A stretch of DNA of 64,000 nucleotides. It comes from Hyphomonadaceae bacterium (GTDB taxonomy: Bacteria > Pseudomonadota > Alphaproteobacteria > Rhizobiales > Hyphomicrobiaceae). The stretch lies in the NCBI GenBank assembly GCA_019747815.1, contig JAIEQJ010000056.1, positions 17,797-81,796 on the forward strand, written 5' to 3'. Position numbers and translations under genes: made by a program. The notes below the pieces were generated by a model, which saw only the letters and a program-made list of their open reading frames with translations, was not told where the DNA came from and made no database searches. This document shows positions 19,454 to 28,002 of this stretch, one piece after another (within the stretch, counting starts at the first letter, position 1; each line of letters opens with the position of its first letter).

Positions 19454-19801
19454 TCAGCATGGATGCGGATGCCGTCGACGGCCATCGGCGGCCTGCCTGT
19501 CGCTGTGGTCGGTGTGCGTTTCTGCTCCGGACGTTGCCGGCACATTGCTCAAGGTCTCGCCGACCGCGCCCTGCGCGTGTCCGACGTGCGCAGCAGCCCG
19601 CGGACCGTCCATCGCCGATGATGGTCTTGCCTCACCCAGGTTATCGCCGGACCAGCCCACCTCGGATCGGCGAGATCCATGGGCGTGGCCGCTAGGCCCG
19701 TGTTTGCTGCCGTGTCGGTGTCCGCCGTGACCGAATCGGTGCATCGCGAACATCGCCGCTATGGCGACGATCCAGATCCAGTTGCTCGCTAGCCATTGCA
19801 T
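19454..19801 (-). CDS. N-terminally anchored His-rich protein (115 aa)
   Basis: MQWLASNWIWIVAIAAMFAMHRFGHGGHRHGSKHGPSGHAHG, one TM helix followed by a His/Gly-rich tail. Confidence 0.55.
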   Translation of the reverse strand: MQWLASNWIWIVAIAAMFAMHRFGHGGHRHGSKHGPSGHAHGSRRSEVGWSGDNLGEARPSSAMDGPRAAAHVGHAQGAVGETLSNVPATSGAETHTDHSDRQAADGRRRHPHPC

Positions 19802-19846
19802 GCGGTTGTCCTTTTCAAACGGGGCTGCCCAATTGCGGTGACGCCA

Positions 19847-21103
19847 TCACTCCGCCGCCATCATTCGCGGCCGGGAACGCTGCAGGTCATTTGCCGCCAG
19901 CTCAGCTTCGCGCACGCCGATGTAATCGCGGGTCAGCGGCACGGCGTCCTGACGCTTGGCGATCTGAATTTGGAACACCATCAGGCCGCCATAGCGGAAA
20001 CCGACTTCGCAGGCCGCGAGATAGAACTCCCACATCCGGCAAAAGCGCTCGTCGTAGCAGGCGATGGTCTCGTCCCGCCGAGCCACGAACCGCTCGCGCC
20101 ATGCTTTGAGCGTCTCGGCATAGTGCAGCCGCAGGATCTCGATGTCGGTCACGACGAGACCCGCGCGCTCGATCGCGGGCAGAACTTCGGAGAGCGCTGG
20201 GGCGTGACCGCCGGGAAAAATGTACTTGGCGATCCAGGAATTAGTGGCGCCCGGTCCGTCCATACGACCGATCGAATGCAGCAGCATGACGCCGTCGTCG
20301 GCCAGAAGATCGGTGACCTTTCGGAAAAAGGTATCGTAGTAGCTGACGCCGACGTGCTCGAACATGCCGACGGACACGATTCGGTCGAAACGTTCGGTGA
20401 CAGCCCTGTAGTCTTGCAGCCGGAATTGCACGCGCGATGCGAGATGCCGTCCGGCAGTCCGCCGACGTGCCAACTCGAGCTGCTCTTCGGACAGCGTAAT
20501 GCCGGTGACATCGGTGCCGCAGCGCTCGGCCAGGTAGAGGGCGAGCCCGCCCCATCCGCTGCCGATATCCAGAATGTGCTGGCCCGGCTGGAGCAGCAGC
20601 TTCGCAGCAATATGCCGCTTCTTTGCGAGCTGCGCGTCTTCGAGGCTCTGGCCGGCGTACTCGAAATAGCCGCAGGAGTATTGCCGATCGCTATCTAGGA
20701 ACAAATCGTAAAGGCGCCCGTCAAGGTCGTAGTGATGCGCCACATTGCGCTTGGCGCGCCGCGCAGTGTTGCGCTGGTGCAAGGGGCGCAGCGCAACCCT
20801 CAGACGGTCGCGGACCTTGCCGAGCCCAGGCGGCGTCATGGCCTTAATGTTGCGTGCGACGAGTTCCAGGAGCTCGTATGCACTACCGCGCGTCACGACG
20901 AGCCGGCCATCCATGAACAGCTCGCCAAACGCGAGCGCCGGATTGAGCATGAGCTGACGCTCTGCCGCCTTGTCCGCGAATCGCACAGCAAGGGAATGGC
21001 CAGTGCCGTCACCGACGGTAAAGTGCGCGCCGCACGATCTCTCGACCTCGAGGCCTCCCTGCTGGACGATACGCTTGAGGAAGCCATGAACAAGGGGCGT
21101 CAT
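19847..21103 (-). CDS. cfa: cyclopropane-fatty-acyl-phospholipid synthase family methyltransferase
   Basis: CMAS family pattern, with SAM motif ILDIGSGWGGLALYLAERCG. 418 aa. Confidence 0.88.
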   Translation of the reverse strand: MTPLVHGFLKRIVQQGGLEVERSCGAHFTVGDGTGHSLAVRFADKAAERQLMLNPALAFGELFMDGRLVVTRGSAYELLELVARNIKAMTPPGLGKVRDRLRVALRPLHQRNTARRAKRNVAHHYDLDGRLYDLFLDSDRQYSCGYFEYAGQSLEDAQLAKKRHIAAKLLLQPGQHILDIGSGWGGLALYLAERCGTDVTGITLSEEQLELARRRTAGRHLASRVQFRLQDYRAVTERFDRIVSVGMFEHVGVSYYDTFFRKVTDLLADDGVMLLHSIGRMDGPGATNSWIAKYIFPGGHAPALSEVLPAIERAGLVVTDIEILRLHYAETLKAWRERFVARRDETIACYDERFCRMWEFYLAACEVGFRYGGLMVFQIQIAKRQDAVPLTRDYIGVREAELAANDLQRSRPRMMAAE

Positions 21104-21104
21104 G

Positions 21105-22922
21105 TTAGGCTCCGTAAAGAGTGGTGAAGGTCCGCTCTTGGGCAGCGTCGCGCACCTTGCGGGCTGCTTCCCAGAACGCAGAAATCTGCGCGATCAACTG
21201 GCGCTCCTGTGCCAGCAAGGGATGCTCGTCCGCAATCGCACGGCGGTTCTTGGAAACGGCATCCGCCAGCACGGCGAACGCGCCCATCCAGGGCATGAAG
21301 CGCTCCGACCACATGTACCGGCTGGCCCGCATCGGATGGAGCCATTGCATCGATGCCGACAGCCAAGGATTGGCCATCGCCTTGACCCATGGACTGACGA
21401 ATGTCCGGTACGCGCTCTCGTTCCACTCCGAGACTTGACGCACGCGCTCGAACGCTTTCGCCGGATAATCGAAGCGGATATCTTCGATCCGCCGCGGCTC
21501 GAACCGCACCGAGTATTGGTGGCGCTCGCAATCGGGATCGCCTGTTGGATTGTCGATCTTCATCTCGTAGAGGCCAGGTTGCAGTGCCTCGATCTCGCTG
21601 AGGTTCTCCAGGATCGCCCGGTGCTCAAAGCGAGCGACGCTGGCCGAGACGAAGATGCCGAGATGCCCGATGTGAGGATTGGTCAGGTACACGATCCGCT
21701 GCCCGGCACGCTTCAATTCGTCGATGCTCCCGTAGACAGCCGGAATCCATCCCAGCGCCTGATGCGGCGGCGTGATGTTGTCGCCGTAGGAGGCGAAGAT
21801 GACGAGCGGGTTGCGAATGCGCTTCAGATCGGCGATGCAATGCTCATCAATGCGAACCTGACCCCGTTCGAGCTTGTTGCCGATGAACAGATCCTCGACG
21901 ATGGCGACGATCTCTTCGCCGCTCAGCCGGTAAAAGCCGCCCCACCAGCGCTCGAAATCGAGGAAGCGATCTTGCTCCGTGTCGATCTTGGTGAAGAGGT
22001 TGGCGTACTTGTCCCAAACCGCGCTGCCCGGCTTTAGATTCTCGAAGTTCTGCACCAGCCAGGCCCCGTCGAAACGGTCCTGGTTGAGGTCGGCAAGAAA
22101 GTGGTTCAGCCACACGCCGCCGACGAAGCCGGCCATCAGCCGCATCGGATTGGCGCCGGGCTCGCCCTCCCAATAGGAAAGGGGCGAGCCGTTCAGCACC
22201 GCTGGGCCCATAGCAATGTCGCAGTGCGCCGACAGAAGGGTTGCCGCCCAGCCGGCCTGGCAGTTGCCGTAAAGGACTGGCCGCTTGCCGCTGTGCAGGG
22301 CCGTAACGTGCGCGACAAACCGTTCCAGCGCGGCAAGAACGTCACTCAACGTTTGCTGGGGACATGGCTCCGGAAAGAACACCACAAAGTAGACTGGGTG
22401 GCCGACGTGCAGGGCCGTGCCAACCTCGGAGTCGCGTTTGAAGCCGCCGATGCCGGGACCGTGTCCGGCACGCGGGTCTATAATGATTACCGGCGGCTTG
22501 GCCGGATCGACGCAATCATCCCAGCATTCGTCGCCAACCTCGGTGATCCTGAAGAGGGCATAGTTTGCCGGGCGTTCAAACTGGCGAGCGTCCAGCAGCG
22601 TCTCGTATTTGAAATTGAGCAGCGGCGGCAAACCCGCCTGCTCGTGCTCGAGCATGGCGTTGGCCCGTTTTCTTAGCGTATCGAAGAACAGGATCGACCG
22701 CTCCAGCACGTCGCGCTGATAGGCCCATACGTCGAAGGGCGACTGGATCGCCTTGCTTGGCAAGCTGTCGGCGGTTGCGTGGGGTTCGCGCGAGGCCACG
22801 CCCTTGTTCCTCGGCTCGGGTGCTGGGGAATTCGCCGCGGGCTTGGACTTGCCGGTTGCGGGTTGGGACTTCCGCGCCTTGACAGGCGCATCCGCGCCGT
22901 TACTCGTCTCAGCTTCGATCAT
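21105..22922 (-). CDS. DUF3141-family alpha/beta-fold protein (605 aa)
   Basis: WAYQRDVLERSILFFDTLRKRAN...IIIDPRAGHGPGIGGFK...GNCQAGW matches my recollection of DUF3141. Its stop is 2 nt from the cfa start. Confidence 0.8.
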   Translation of the reverse strand: MIEAETSNGADAPVKARKSQPATGKSKPAANSPAPEPRNKGVASREPHATADSLPSKAIQSPFDVWAYQRDVLERSILFFDTLRKRANAMLEHEQAGLPPLLNFKYETLLDARQFERPANYALFRITEVGDECWDDCVDPAKPPVIIIDPRAGHGPGIGGFKRDSEVGTALHVGHPVYFVVFFPEPCPQQTLSDVLAALERFVAHVTALHSGKRPVLYGNCQAGWAATLLSAHCDIAMGPAVLNGSPLSYWEGEPGANPMRLMAGFVGGVWLNHFLADLNQDRFDGAWLVQNFENLKPGSAVWDKYANLFTKIDTEQDRFLDFERWWGGFYRLSGEEIVAIVEDLFIGNKLERGQVRIDEHCIADLKRIRNPLVIFASYGDNITPPHQALGWIPAVYGSIDELKRAGQRIVYLTNPHIGHLGIFVSASVARFEHRAILENLSEIEALQPGLYEMKIDNPTGDPDCERHQYSVRFEPRRIEDIRFDYPAKAFERVRQVSEWNESAYRTFVSPWVKAMANPWLSASMQWLHPMRASRYMWSERFMPWMGAFAVLADAVSKNRRAIADEHPLLAQERQLIAQISAFWEAARKVRDAAQERTFTTLYGA

Positions 22923-22934
22923 GACAAACTCCTG

Positions 22935-23228
22935 CTAGCTCAAGCGCGCGGCGAAGAAGTTGAAGAGCGACCCGAGCACCAGTGCCGTGTACCAGCCGTA
23001 GACCTGGGTCCAGACGAGGCCGACGACGATGCCCCGTGCGGTCACCCATTCGAAGCCTGGAAAGAACTGCAGCCAGGGCCGGTGCATCCCTACGTCGGGA
23101 ACAATCAGTCCCAACAGGATGCAGCCGAGAAAGCTGATGACGAAAAAGCCGCTGAGGCTTAAGCCGAGCGCCGTTAGCGGGATGTGTCCGACATGGCGTG
23201 CCGATATCGCGTCTCTCGCCGTACTCAT
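22935..23228 (-). CDS. small 2-TM membrane protein (DUF5676-like, 97 aa)
   Basis: ATG at 23228 (MSTARDAIS). Two hydrophobic helices. Lies 12 nt upstream of the DUF3141 gene. Confidence 0.55.
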   Translation of the reverse strand: MSTARDAISARHVGHIPLTALGLSLSGFFVISFLGCILLGLIVPDVGMHRPWLQFFPGFEWVTARGIVVGLVWTQVYGWYTALVLGSLFNFFAARLS

Positions 23229-23409
23229 GGTCCTACCTTCAAACTGACGTCGTCGTTCGGATCTTGGTGCCGCGCTCAAACTAGGATCCACTGTCAGGCC
23301 GCAGCCCTAGTCCGCACGTGGAATGCCTGGTCGGTGTCCCTGCCCGCCGGGAGCATTGCTGGGGGTGCTCCGGCGCCGAGCAGCTGGGCTGGCAGACCAT
23401 CCAGGCCTA

Positions 23410-23892
23410 TCAGGCCAGGGAGCGCGGCGGTCGGAAGAGCGTGCCGAAATTGGTGCTTGTAAAAAGCTCCACTGCGGATGCGGCCAATGCAGGCCCATCA
23501 GCATTCGGCAAGGCCAGCGCACTGACCGCCAGCGCAGAGGCGCAACATGACATGCCACAGCTTCCCGCATTGGCGCCGCAGCAGCCAGACCCTCCGGCAT
23601 GAAGGCAAGACTTTGCGCCTGAACAGCCAGAGGTAAGCGCTCTCTTGGATAAGGGCACGTTGGGAAGAAAGGTATCCTGACGCCTGGGTTCGTTGTAGGA
23701 AGCCTCCGCCGGCAAGGCATTCCGCCGAACCAGCATTGCTGTGGGGCTGGCAAGCCATACAGCGCTGCGCTTGACTACACCCTCGTGCCCGTCACGATGC
23801 AGCCCATGCGCGATCGCGGGAGCCGACGCAGGCAACAACGCGAGCCCCAAGAGAAGCCCGGCAACGACATATTTGATCCTCAGACTCAGCAT
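23410..23892 (-). CDS. secreted/membrane Cys-rich protein, CopL-like, copy 1 (160 aa)
   Basis: ATG at 23892. Signal peptide MLSLRIKYVVAGLLLGLALLPASAPAIAHG, Cys cluster SGCSGAKSCLHAGGSGCCGANAGSCGMSCC, and a C-terminal ...LFRPPRSLA. Confidence 0.65.
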   Translation of the reverse strand: MLSLRIKYVVAGLLLGLALLPASAPAIAHGLHRDGHEGVVKRSAVWLASPTAMLVRRNALPAEASYNEPRRQDTFLPNVPLSKRALTSGCSGAKSCLHAGGSGCCGANAGSCGMSCCASALAVSALALPNADGPALAASAVELFTSTNFGTLFRPPRSLA

Positions 23893-23954
23893 TGCTCGTT
23901 CGCGATCGCAGGTTGCTGCCTCGACAAATTCTTTCGATTTTCTCCATGCCAACA

Positions 23955-23968
23955 TTGACCTAGATCAA
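23955..23968. promoter_or_regulatory. Fnr/FixK-type box TTGACCTAGATCAA
   Basis: Perfect palindrome centred about 70 nt upstream of the CopL-like copy 1 ATG (23892). Confidence 0.6.
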
Positions 23969-24093
23969 CAGAGTGAACGTTGTCGCACGACATCATTGAC
24001 CTCTGACGCGATCCAACTCTTCTCGCATCGTTTCGGCATTCCTGAGGTGGCCGCGGGTACCGATCATTGGTCACTCGATGCAACCTCAATCGA

Positions 24094-24124
24094 ATGCTGA
24101 CCCTTCCAACAGTTGGAAGGTCAA
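24094..24124 (-). promoter_or_regulatory. MerR/CueR-type promoter with a 19-bp spacer and embedded operator
   Basis: The minus strand reads TTGACC-N19-CAGCAT. The spacer contains the perfect 19-bp palindrome CCTTCCAAC-A-GTTGGAAGG (24102-24120), very close to the E. coli PcopA CueR site as I recall it. Confidence 0.75.
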
Positions 24125-24148
24125 CCCAAATTTGGAGCTGTTTTCACG

Positions 24149-24553
24149 ATGCGCATCGGTCAGGCGGCTCTGCTTTCTGGCGTCTCGGCCAGGCTGATCC
24201 GGTACTACGAGGGTGCAGGGTTGCTGAGCCCCGCTGGCAGGGATGCAAACGAATATCGGGTTTTCGACGAGCGCAATGTGCACGAGCTTCGCTTCATCAA
24301 GCGCGCTCGAGCTCTTGGCTTTCCCATAAAGCAGATCGAGGAGCTGCTTGGGCTTTGGCGCGATAAGAAGCGGCCGAGCCGCAAGGTTCGCGGCTTGGCC
24401 GAGCGCCATGTGCAGGCCGTCACGACCCGCATGCAAGCCCATCGCGCAATCATCAAAGTGCTCGGCCGCCTGATCGAGGCGTGCAAAGGCGATGATCGCC
24501 CCGACTGTCCCATCCTCGATGGGCTAAGCCTCAGTGATGCCCACAAACGCTGA
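24149..24553 (+). CDS. cueR: Cu(I)-responsive MerR-family regulator (134 aa)
   Basis: ATG at 24149 (MRIGQAALLSGVSARLIRYYE). MerR HTH and a C-terminal C-x7-C loop (CKGDDRPDCPI). Confidence 0.85.
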   Translation: MRIGQAALLSGVSARLIRYYEGAGLLSPAGRDANEYRVFDERNVHELRFIKRARALGFPIKQIEELLGLWRDKKRPSRKVRGLAERHVQAVTTRMQAHRAIIKVLGRLIEACKGDDRPDCPILDGLSLSDAHKR

Positions 24554-24691
24554 CCCGCACCGCCGGCGGCTGATTACCCAAGCGCCACCGCAAAGGTGGC
24601 CATATCGAACGGCAGCAATACCTCGCCCATGTCCCATGCGAACGGCCGTGCAAGCGCGTATGAGTCGACCCTGTCGCGGGCCCGCACTGCT

Positions 24692-25363
24692 CTAAGTACT
24701 ACGGGCTTCAAGCGCCGGCGGCCTCAACACCGTATACAATATGTAGGTCGACATCAGAGCTCCGCCGAAGCAAAACGCAGAGATGTACGCAAACTGGAAG
24801 AACAAGAACACAACAATCACAACGGCGATGATGAGATACCCAAACGTTCTCGCGCTTGGGTTGGACGAGGTAACAAGAGGAGCGATCACGACAAACAGGT
24901 AGAGCGCATAAGTCATTTCTCTGCGCATAATGAAATCGAACAGGACGGTACCCTCGTAACTGATCGCGTGATCCAAGAATTTAGTGACCAGCCAGCGCTC
25001 ATGAGCAAAATAAGGAAAATACTGCATGGCGCCGACCATGCCGCCTAGGATCGAGAACGCCAGATAGACGTGCCTGCGTTTACAGGGCTCCATGAAATAC
25101 GCCGAAAACGGCACCCAAACCGGCCACGCCAGCCAAGAGAAGAACATGTAACCCAACGAAAAGTTCTCGATCCACAGTTCGTTGCCAAGTCGGCCTCCGG
25201 TCCACACGAGACCTTCAAAAAGCTGCTGGAGGCCAAAGTAAACTGGTAGGGCGGCGAAGGCTAAGTAGCGGCGGTCTGATTGGTATGCGCGATGAAGGCC
25301 GATCGCTCCCGCCGGCACGAGAATCGCTGCTGCTGCGAAGCTCGCCTCGGCCGAAAAGCACAT
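24692..25363 (-). CDS. multi-pass membrane protein (DUF6629-like, 223 aa)
   Basis: Begins MCFSAEASFAAAAILVPAG. About 6-7 TM helices. GC content is visibly lower than the surroundings. Confidence 0.6.
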   Translation of the reverse strand: MCFSAEASFAAAAILVPAGAIGLHRAYQSDRRYLAFAALPVYFGLQQLFEGLVWTGGRLGNELWIENFSLGYMFFSWLAWPVWVPFSAYFMEPCKRRHVYLAFSILGGMVGAMQYFPYFAHERWLVTKFLDHAISYEGTVLFDFIMRREMTYALYLFVVIAPLVTSSNPSARTFGYLIIAVVIVVFLFFQFAYISAFCFGGALMSTYILYTVLRPPALEARST

Positions 25364-25640
25364 GCGTATCCTCCTTCCACCGAAACCGAGCCGCGCTCCA
25401 TTGCATCAGAGTCAAAAGGTCGCGCATCCACCGGCGTTCGTAAAGCCGCATCTGCTGGCATTGTCTCTCGAAATCTTGACCGTGACTGGCGTGCGATACC
25501 CAAGAGAGCCTTGGCAGAGCACGCGCTCCGGCATGTCTCCAGCGATGTAACCCCAGTCTTGGAGCAGCGCACACCCGGAGTTTCGCCTAACGCTCTCACC
25601 TCGACGATGGTGGGTCCGGACTCTAAGCGGTAGCGCAAGG

Positions 25641-25659
25641 AGGCGGCCGTCGGCCGCCT
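25641..25659 (-). terminator. GC-rich hairpin downstream of the multicopper oxidase gene
   Basis: AGGCGGCC-GTC-GGCCGCCT, a perfect 8-bp stem about 47 nt past the MCO stop. No U-tract, so termination is only inferred. Confidence 0.35.
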
Positions 25660-25705
25660 ATGCGCGTGGCGCTCGCCAAGGTGCGCCGATTCCGCCTGCG
25701 CTCTT

Positions 25706-27106
25706 TCACGCGACGCCGTCATAGGTGAGCATCGCCATCATTCCCGTTGCCATGTGGTAGAGGTGGTGGCAGTGGAATGCCCACTTGCCCGGATGATCGG
25801 CGTCGAACGCGATCGTCATCGAGCTCATCGGCGGCACGTGCACGGTGTCTCGCACAGCGCCCGAAACCATCTTGCCGTTGATGCCGACCACCTGGAAATG
25901 ATGCCCATGCAGATGCATTGGATGCCCCATCATGCTGTGATTCTGCATCACCACATGCACGCGCTCGCCCCTTCGGATGGTGAGTGCGGCGGAACTGACC
26001 ATGCCCCACGCGTAGCCCCCCATCCCGCCGGTCAGCGTGATGGGAAGCGTGCGATCAGCCGGCCGCGCCACGAGTGGCGCCTTCGCCTTGATCCTCGCTT
26101 CCAAATCGAAGCCCATGGTTGGCGCCTTGGCGCTGCCGACGGACGCGAGCTTCGTGATCCGGGCCCCCGCAGGCGCCAGAATGAGACCGGTCCGCTCCAG
26201 CCCGCCTTCTCGCAGAGCCAAGATGGGATAAGCCCCAGCGCCTTTCACGAGCTGCAAGCGAAGATCGACCCGCTGACCCATCGCCATCGGAAAGCGGCGA
26301 CCGCGTAGAGGTTCAACGTCCTTGCCATCAACGGCGATGAGCTCGGCCTCGATCTCGCCCGTGTCGATCGCAAATACGGTCGCCGTCGCGCCGTTGATGA
26401 TCCTCAGTCGAACACGCCCTCCATCTTCCACTTTGACGACCTCGGGATCATCAAGCGTGCGATCGTTGGCGAGGTAGGCGTCGTAGTCGATGTCGTTGAG
26501 GTCCATCGCACCCATTCGCCCGCCGTGCATGCTATGACCCGATGACCTCATCAGGCGGGCCAGCAATTCCTCGGCCGGCGTGAATGAGAAGTCGTGCAGC
26601 AGGACGACGACCTCCTGCTCGTCCTGCGCGTCCTGTGTGGCGCTTCGTACGATGAGGGGAGCCGCAAGCAGGTTCTGCTCCTGCAGCGTGTGGGCATGCA
26701 TCCAGTGCGTGCCCGCCGCACCAACAGGAAATTCGTAGTCTCTCGACTCGCCCGCCCTGAGCTTCGGTGCAGGCATCTCCGGCACGCCGTCTTGCTCGTA
26801 GGGAGGCCTCAACCCGTGCCAATGAATGAGGGTCGGTTCGTTGAGCTCATTCGCGAGGGTGACCTTGAATGTCTCGCCTTCCGTGAAGGTCAGCCCAGGC
26901 CGACCCTGAGCATCAACAAGGCCGAAAACCTTGACCGGACGCTTTTGGATCTCAAGCGAGCGGGACACGATCGCCAGCCTGCGCGACGTAGCTTCGTTTG
27001 CCTTCGCCACTGCCTGGCCAAGACTTCGATTGGAGCTCAGAACCGAGAGGAAAGCTGCCGACGTTCCCCCGAGCAGGGCGGTTGTCAAGAATTTGCGCCG
27101 ATGCAT
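25706..27106 (-). CDS. multicopper oxidase (CopA/PcoA family, Tat-exported, 466 aa)
   Basis: ATG at 27106 (MHRRKFLTTALLGG, twin-arginine signal). Cu sites HWHG, HAH and HCHHLYHMATGMM. Confidence 0.9.
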   Translation of the reverse strand: MHRRKFLTTALLGGTSAAFLSVLSSNRSLGQAVAKANEATSRRLAIVSRSLEIQKRPVKVFGLVDAQGRPGLTFTEGETFKVTLANELNEPTLIHWHGLRPPYEQDGVPEMPAPKLRAGESRDYEFPVGAAGTHWMHAHTLQEQNLLAAPLIVRSATQDAQDEQEVVVLLHDFSFTPAEELLARLMRSSGHSMHGGRMGAMDLNDIDYDAYLANDRTLDDPEVVKVEDGGRVRLRIINGATATVFAIDTGEIEAELIAVDGKDVEPLRGRRFPMAMGQRVDLRLQLVKGAGAYPILALREGGLERTGLILAPAGARITKLASVGSAKAPTMGFDLEARIKAKAPLVARPADRTLPITLTGGMGGYAWGMVSSAALTIRRGERVHVVMQNHSMMGHPMHLHGHHFQVVGINGKMVSGAVRDTVHVPPMSSMTIAFDADHPGKWAFHCHHLYHMATGMMAMLTYDGVA

Positions 27107-27273
27107 TGTGTTTTGTCCTCTATGACTGGAGCCGATCCGCCTTGGCGGTTTGCCGATACACGTCGCGGACGTTCCCTGCGAACGACGCTCTTCGTCGATG
27201 CGGGTTTGGATTGCCGGTCTCGTCCGCTTTGCGCCTGGCTGGACAGGTTGGCGATGCCGCACCTTGCGCTGGA

Positions 27274-27702
27274 TCAGACGCGTGGCGGCCGGTCGTGAGG
27301 TCCGGGGACATCACTGGTCAGGAGTAGATTGGGATAGATAGCCACCGACGCCGCTACCGGGACTACGAGGTCAATGACGTGCGAGATCAGTAGGGCACCG
27401 TTGCAGGAGCCGCAGGAAGCCGATCCGCAGACCATGCCGAGCCCGTAGCTGCACCCGCTCACTTTCCCGCAACATGATAAGACCATCATCAACGCCGGCG
27501 CCGTGGTCACTTGTCTCTCTGGGAACGCGTCTCTCTCAGTCCCCGGATCGACATCGGTCACGGTGTGAGAAGTGCTGCTCCCAACCGCCGCAGAAACTTG
27601 GTGAGTATGTCCGAAGTGCGCTACTGCGGGCAGCGCCATGAGCGACCAGAGCACCGCTCCGATCAACAGACTAACGCCGGACTTCATGGCCTTGGTGCAC
27701 AC
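27274..27702 (-). CDS. secreted/membrane Cys-rich protein, CopL-like, copy 2
   Basis: Start is GTG 27702 (GGGAG 9 nt upstream) or ATG 27687. Signal peptide ...LMALPAVAHF, Cys cluster SCCGKVSGCSYGLGMVCGSASCGSC, and a C-terminal ...DRPPRV. Sits immediately upstream of the MCO gene. Confidence 0.65.
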   Translation of the reverse strand: MCTKAMKSGVSLLIGAVLWSLMALPAVAHFGHTHQVSAAVGSSTSHTVTDVDPGTERDAFPERQVTTAPALMMVLSCCGKVSGCSYGLGMVCGSASCGSCNGALLISHVIDLVVPVAASVAIYPNLLLTSDVPGPHDRPPRV

Positions 27703-27780
27703 CTATGCATGCTCCCGTCGTGTGCCAACCTGGCTACACGAACCAAAGCCTTTCCCTATATCGATCGACGAGTTGCGTCG

Positions 27781-27794
27781 TTGATCTACGTCAA
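27781..27794. promoter_or_regulatory. Fnr/FixK-type box TTGATCTACGTCAA
   Basis: Perfect palindrome between the CopL-like copy 2/MCO operon (start 27702 or 27687) and the serine hydrolase gene (ATG 28003). Confidence 0.6.
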
Positions 27795-28002
27795 CCCGAT
27801 AATCCTAGCCATGAGCTTTCTTGCGCTGCGGCGTGCAACGATCGTACGGAAGGTGCGCCTTCTTTTTGGCCGACGAGCTGCAGCTCGAAATCCGGACGGG
27901 GCGTGCGTGGAAGGATGGCGAGGGTCGGCCTTCCTCGCATGACTGATGCCACGACACTCCGACACTGAAGACCCAGACCTAGACCTGAAAGGAAAAAGGC
28001 CC

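Noticed and set aside
24097-24126. Plus-strand reading of the CueR site as a cueR autoregulatory promoter (CTGACC-N18-TCAACC).
   Set aside because: Both hexamers are poorer and the spacer is 18 nt. The minus-strand reading gives TTGACC-N19-CAGCAT. It is not excluded, but it is not the preferred interpretation.
24584-24600. Small hairpin GCCACC-GCAAA-GGTGGC after cueR, as a possible terminator.
   Set aside because: The stem is only 6 bp with no U-tract, and it lies in a convergent gap. That is too weak to call.
25364-25705. Possible small copper gene (copC/copB-like) in the 340-nt gap between the MCO and DUF6629-like genes.
   Set aside because: The ORFs there (25215-25574, 25261-25722, 25280-25633) have no signal peptide, no Met/His motifs and no SD. 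Only the hairpin at 25641-25659 was retained.
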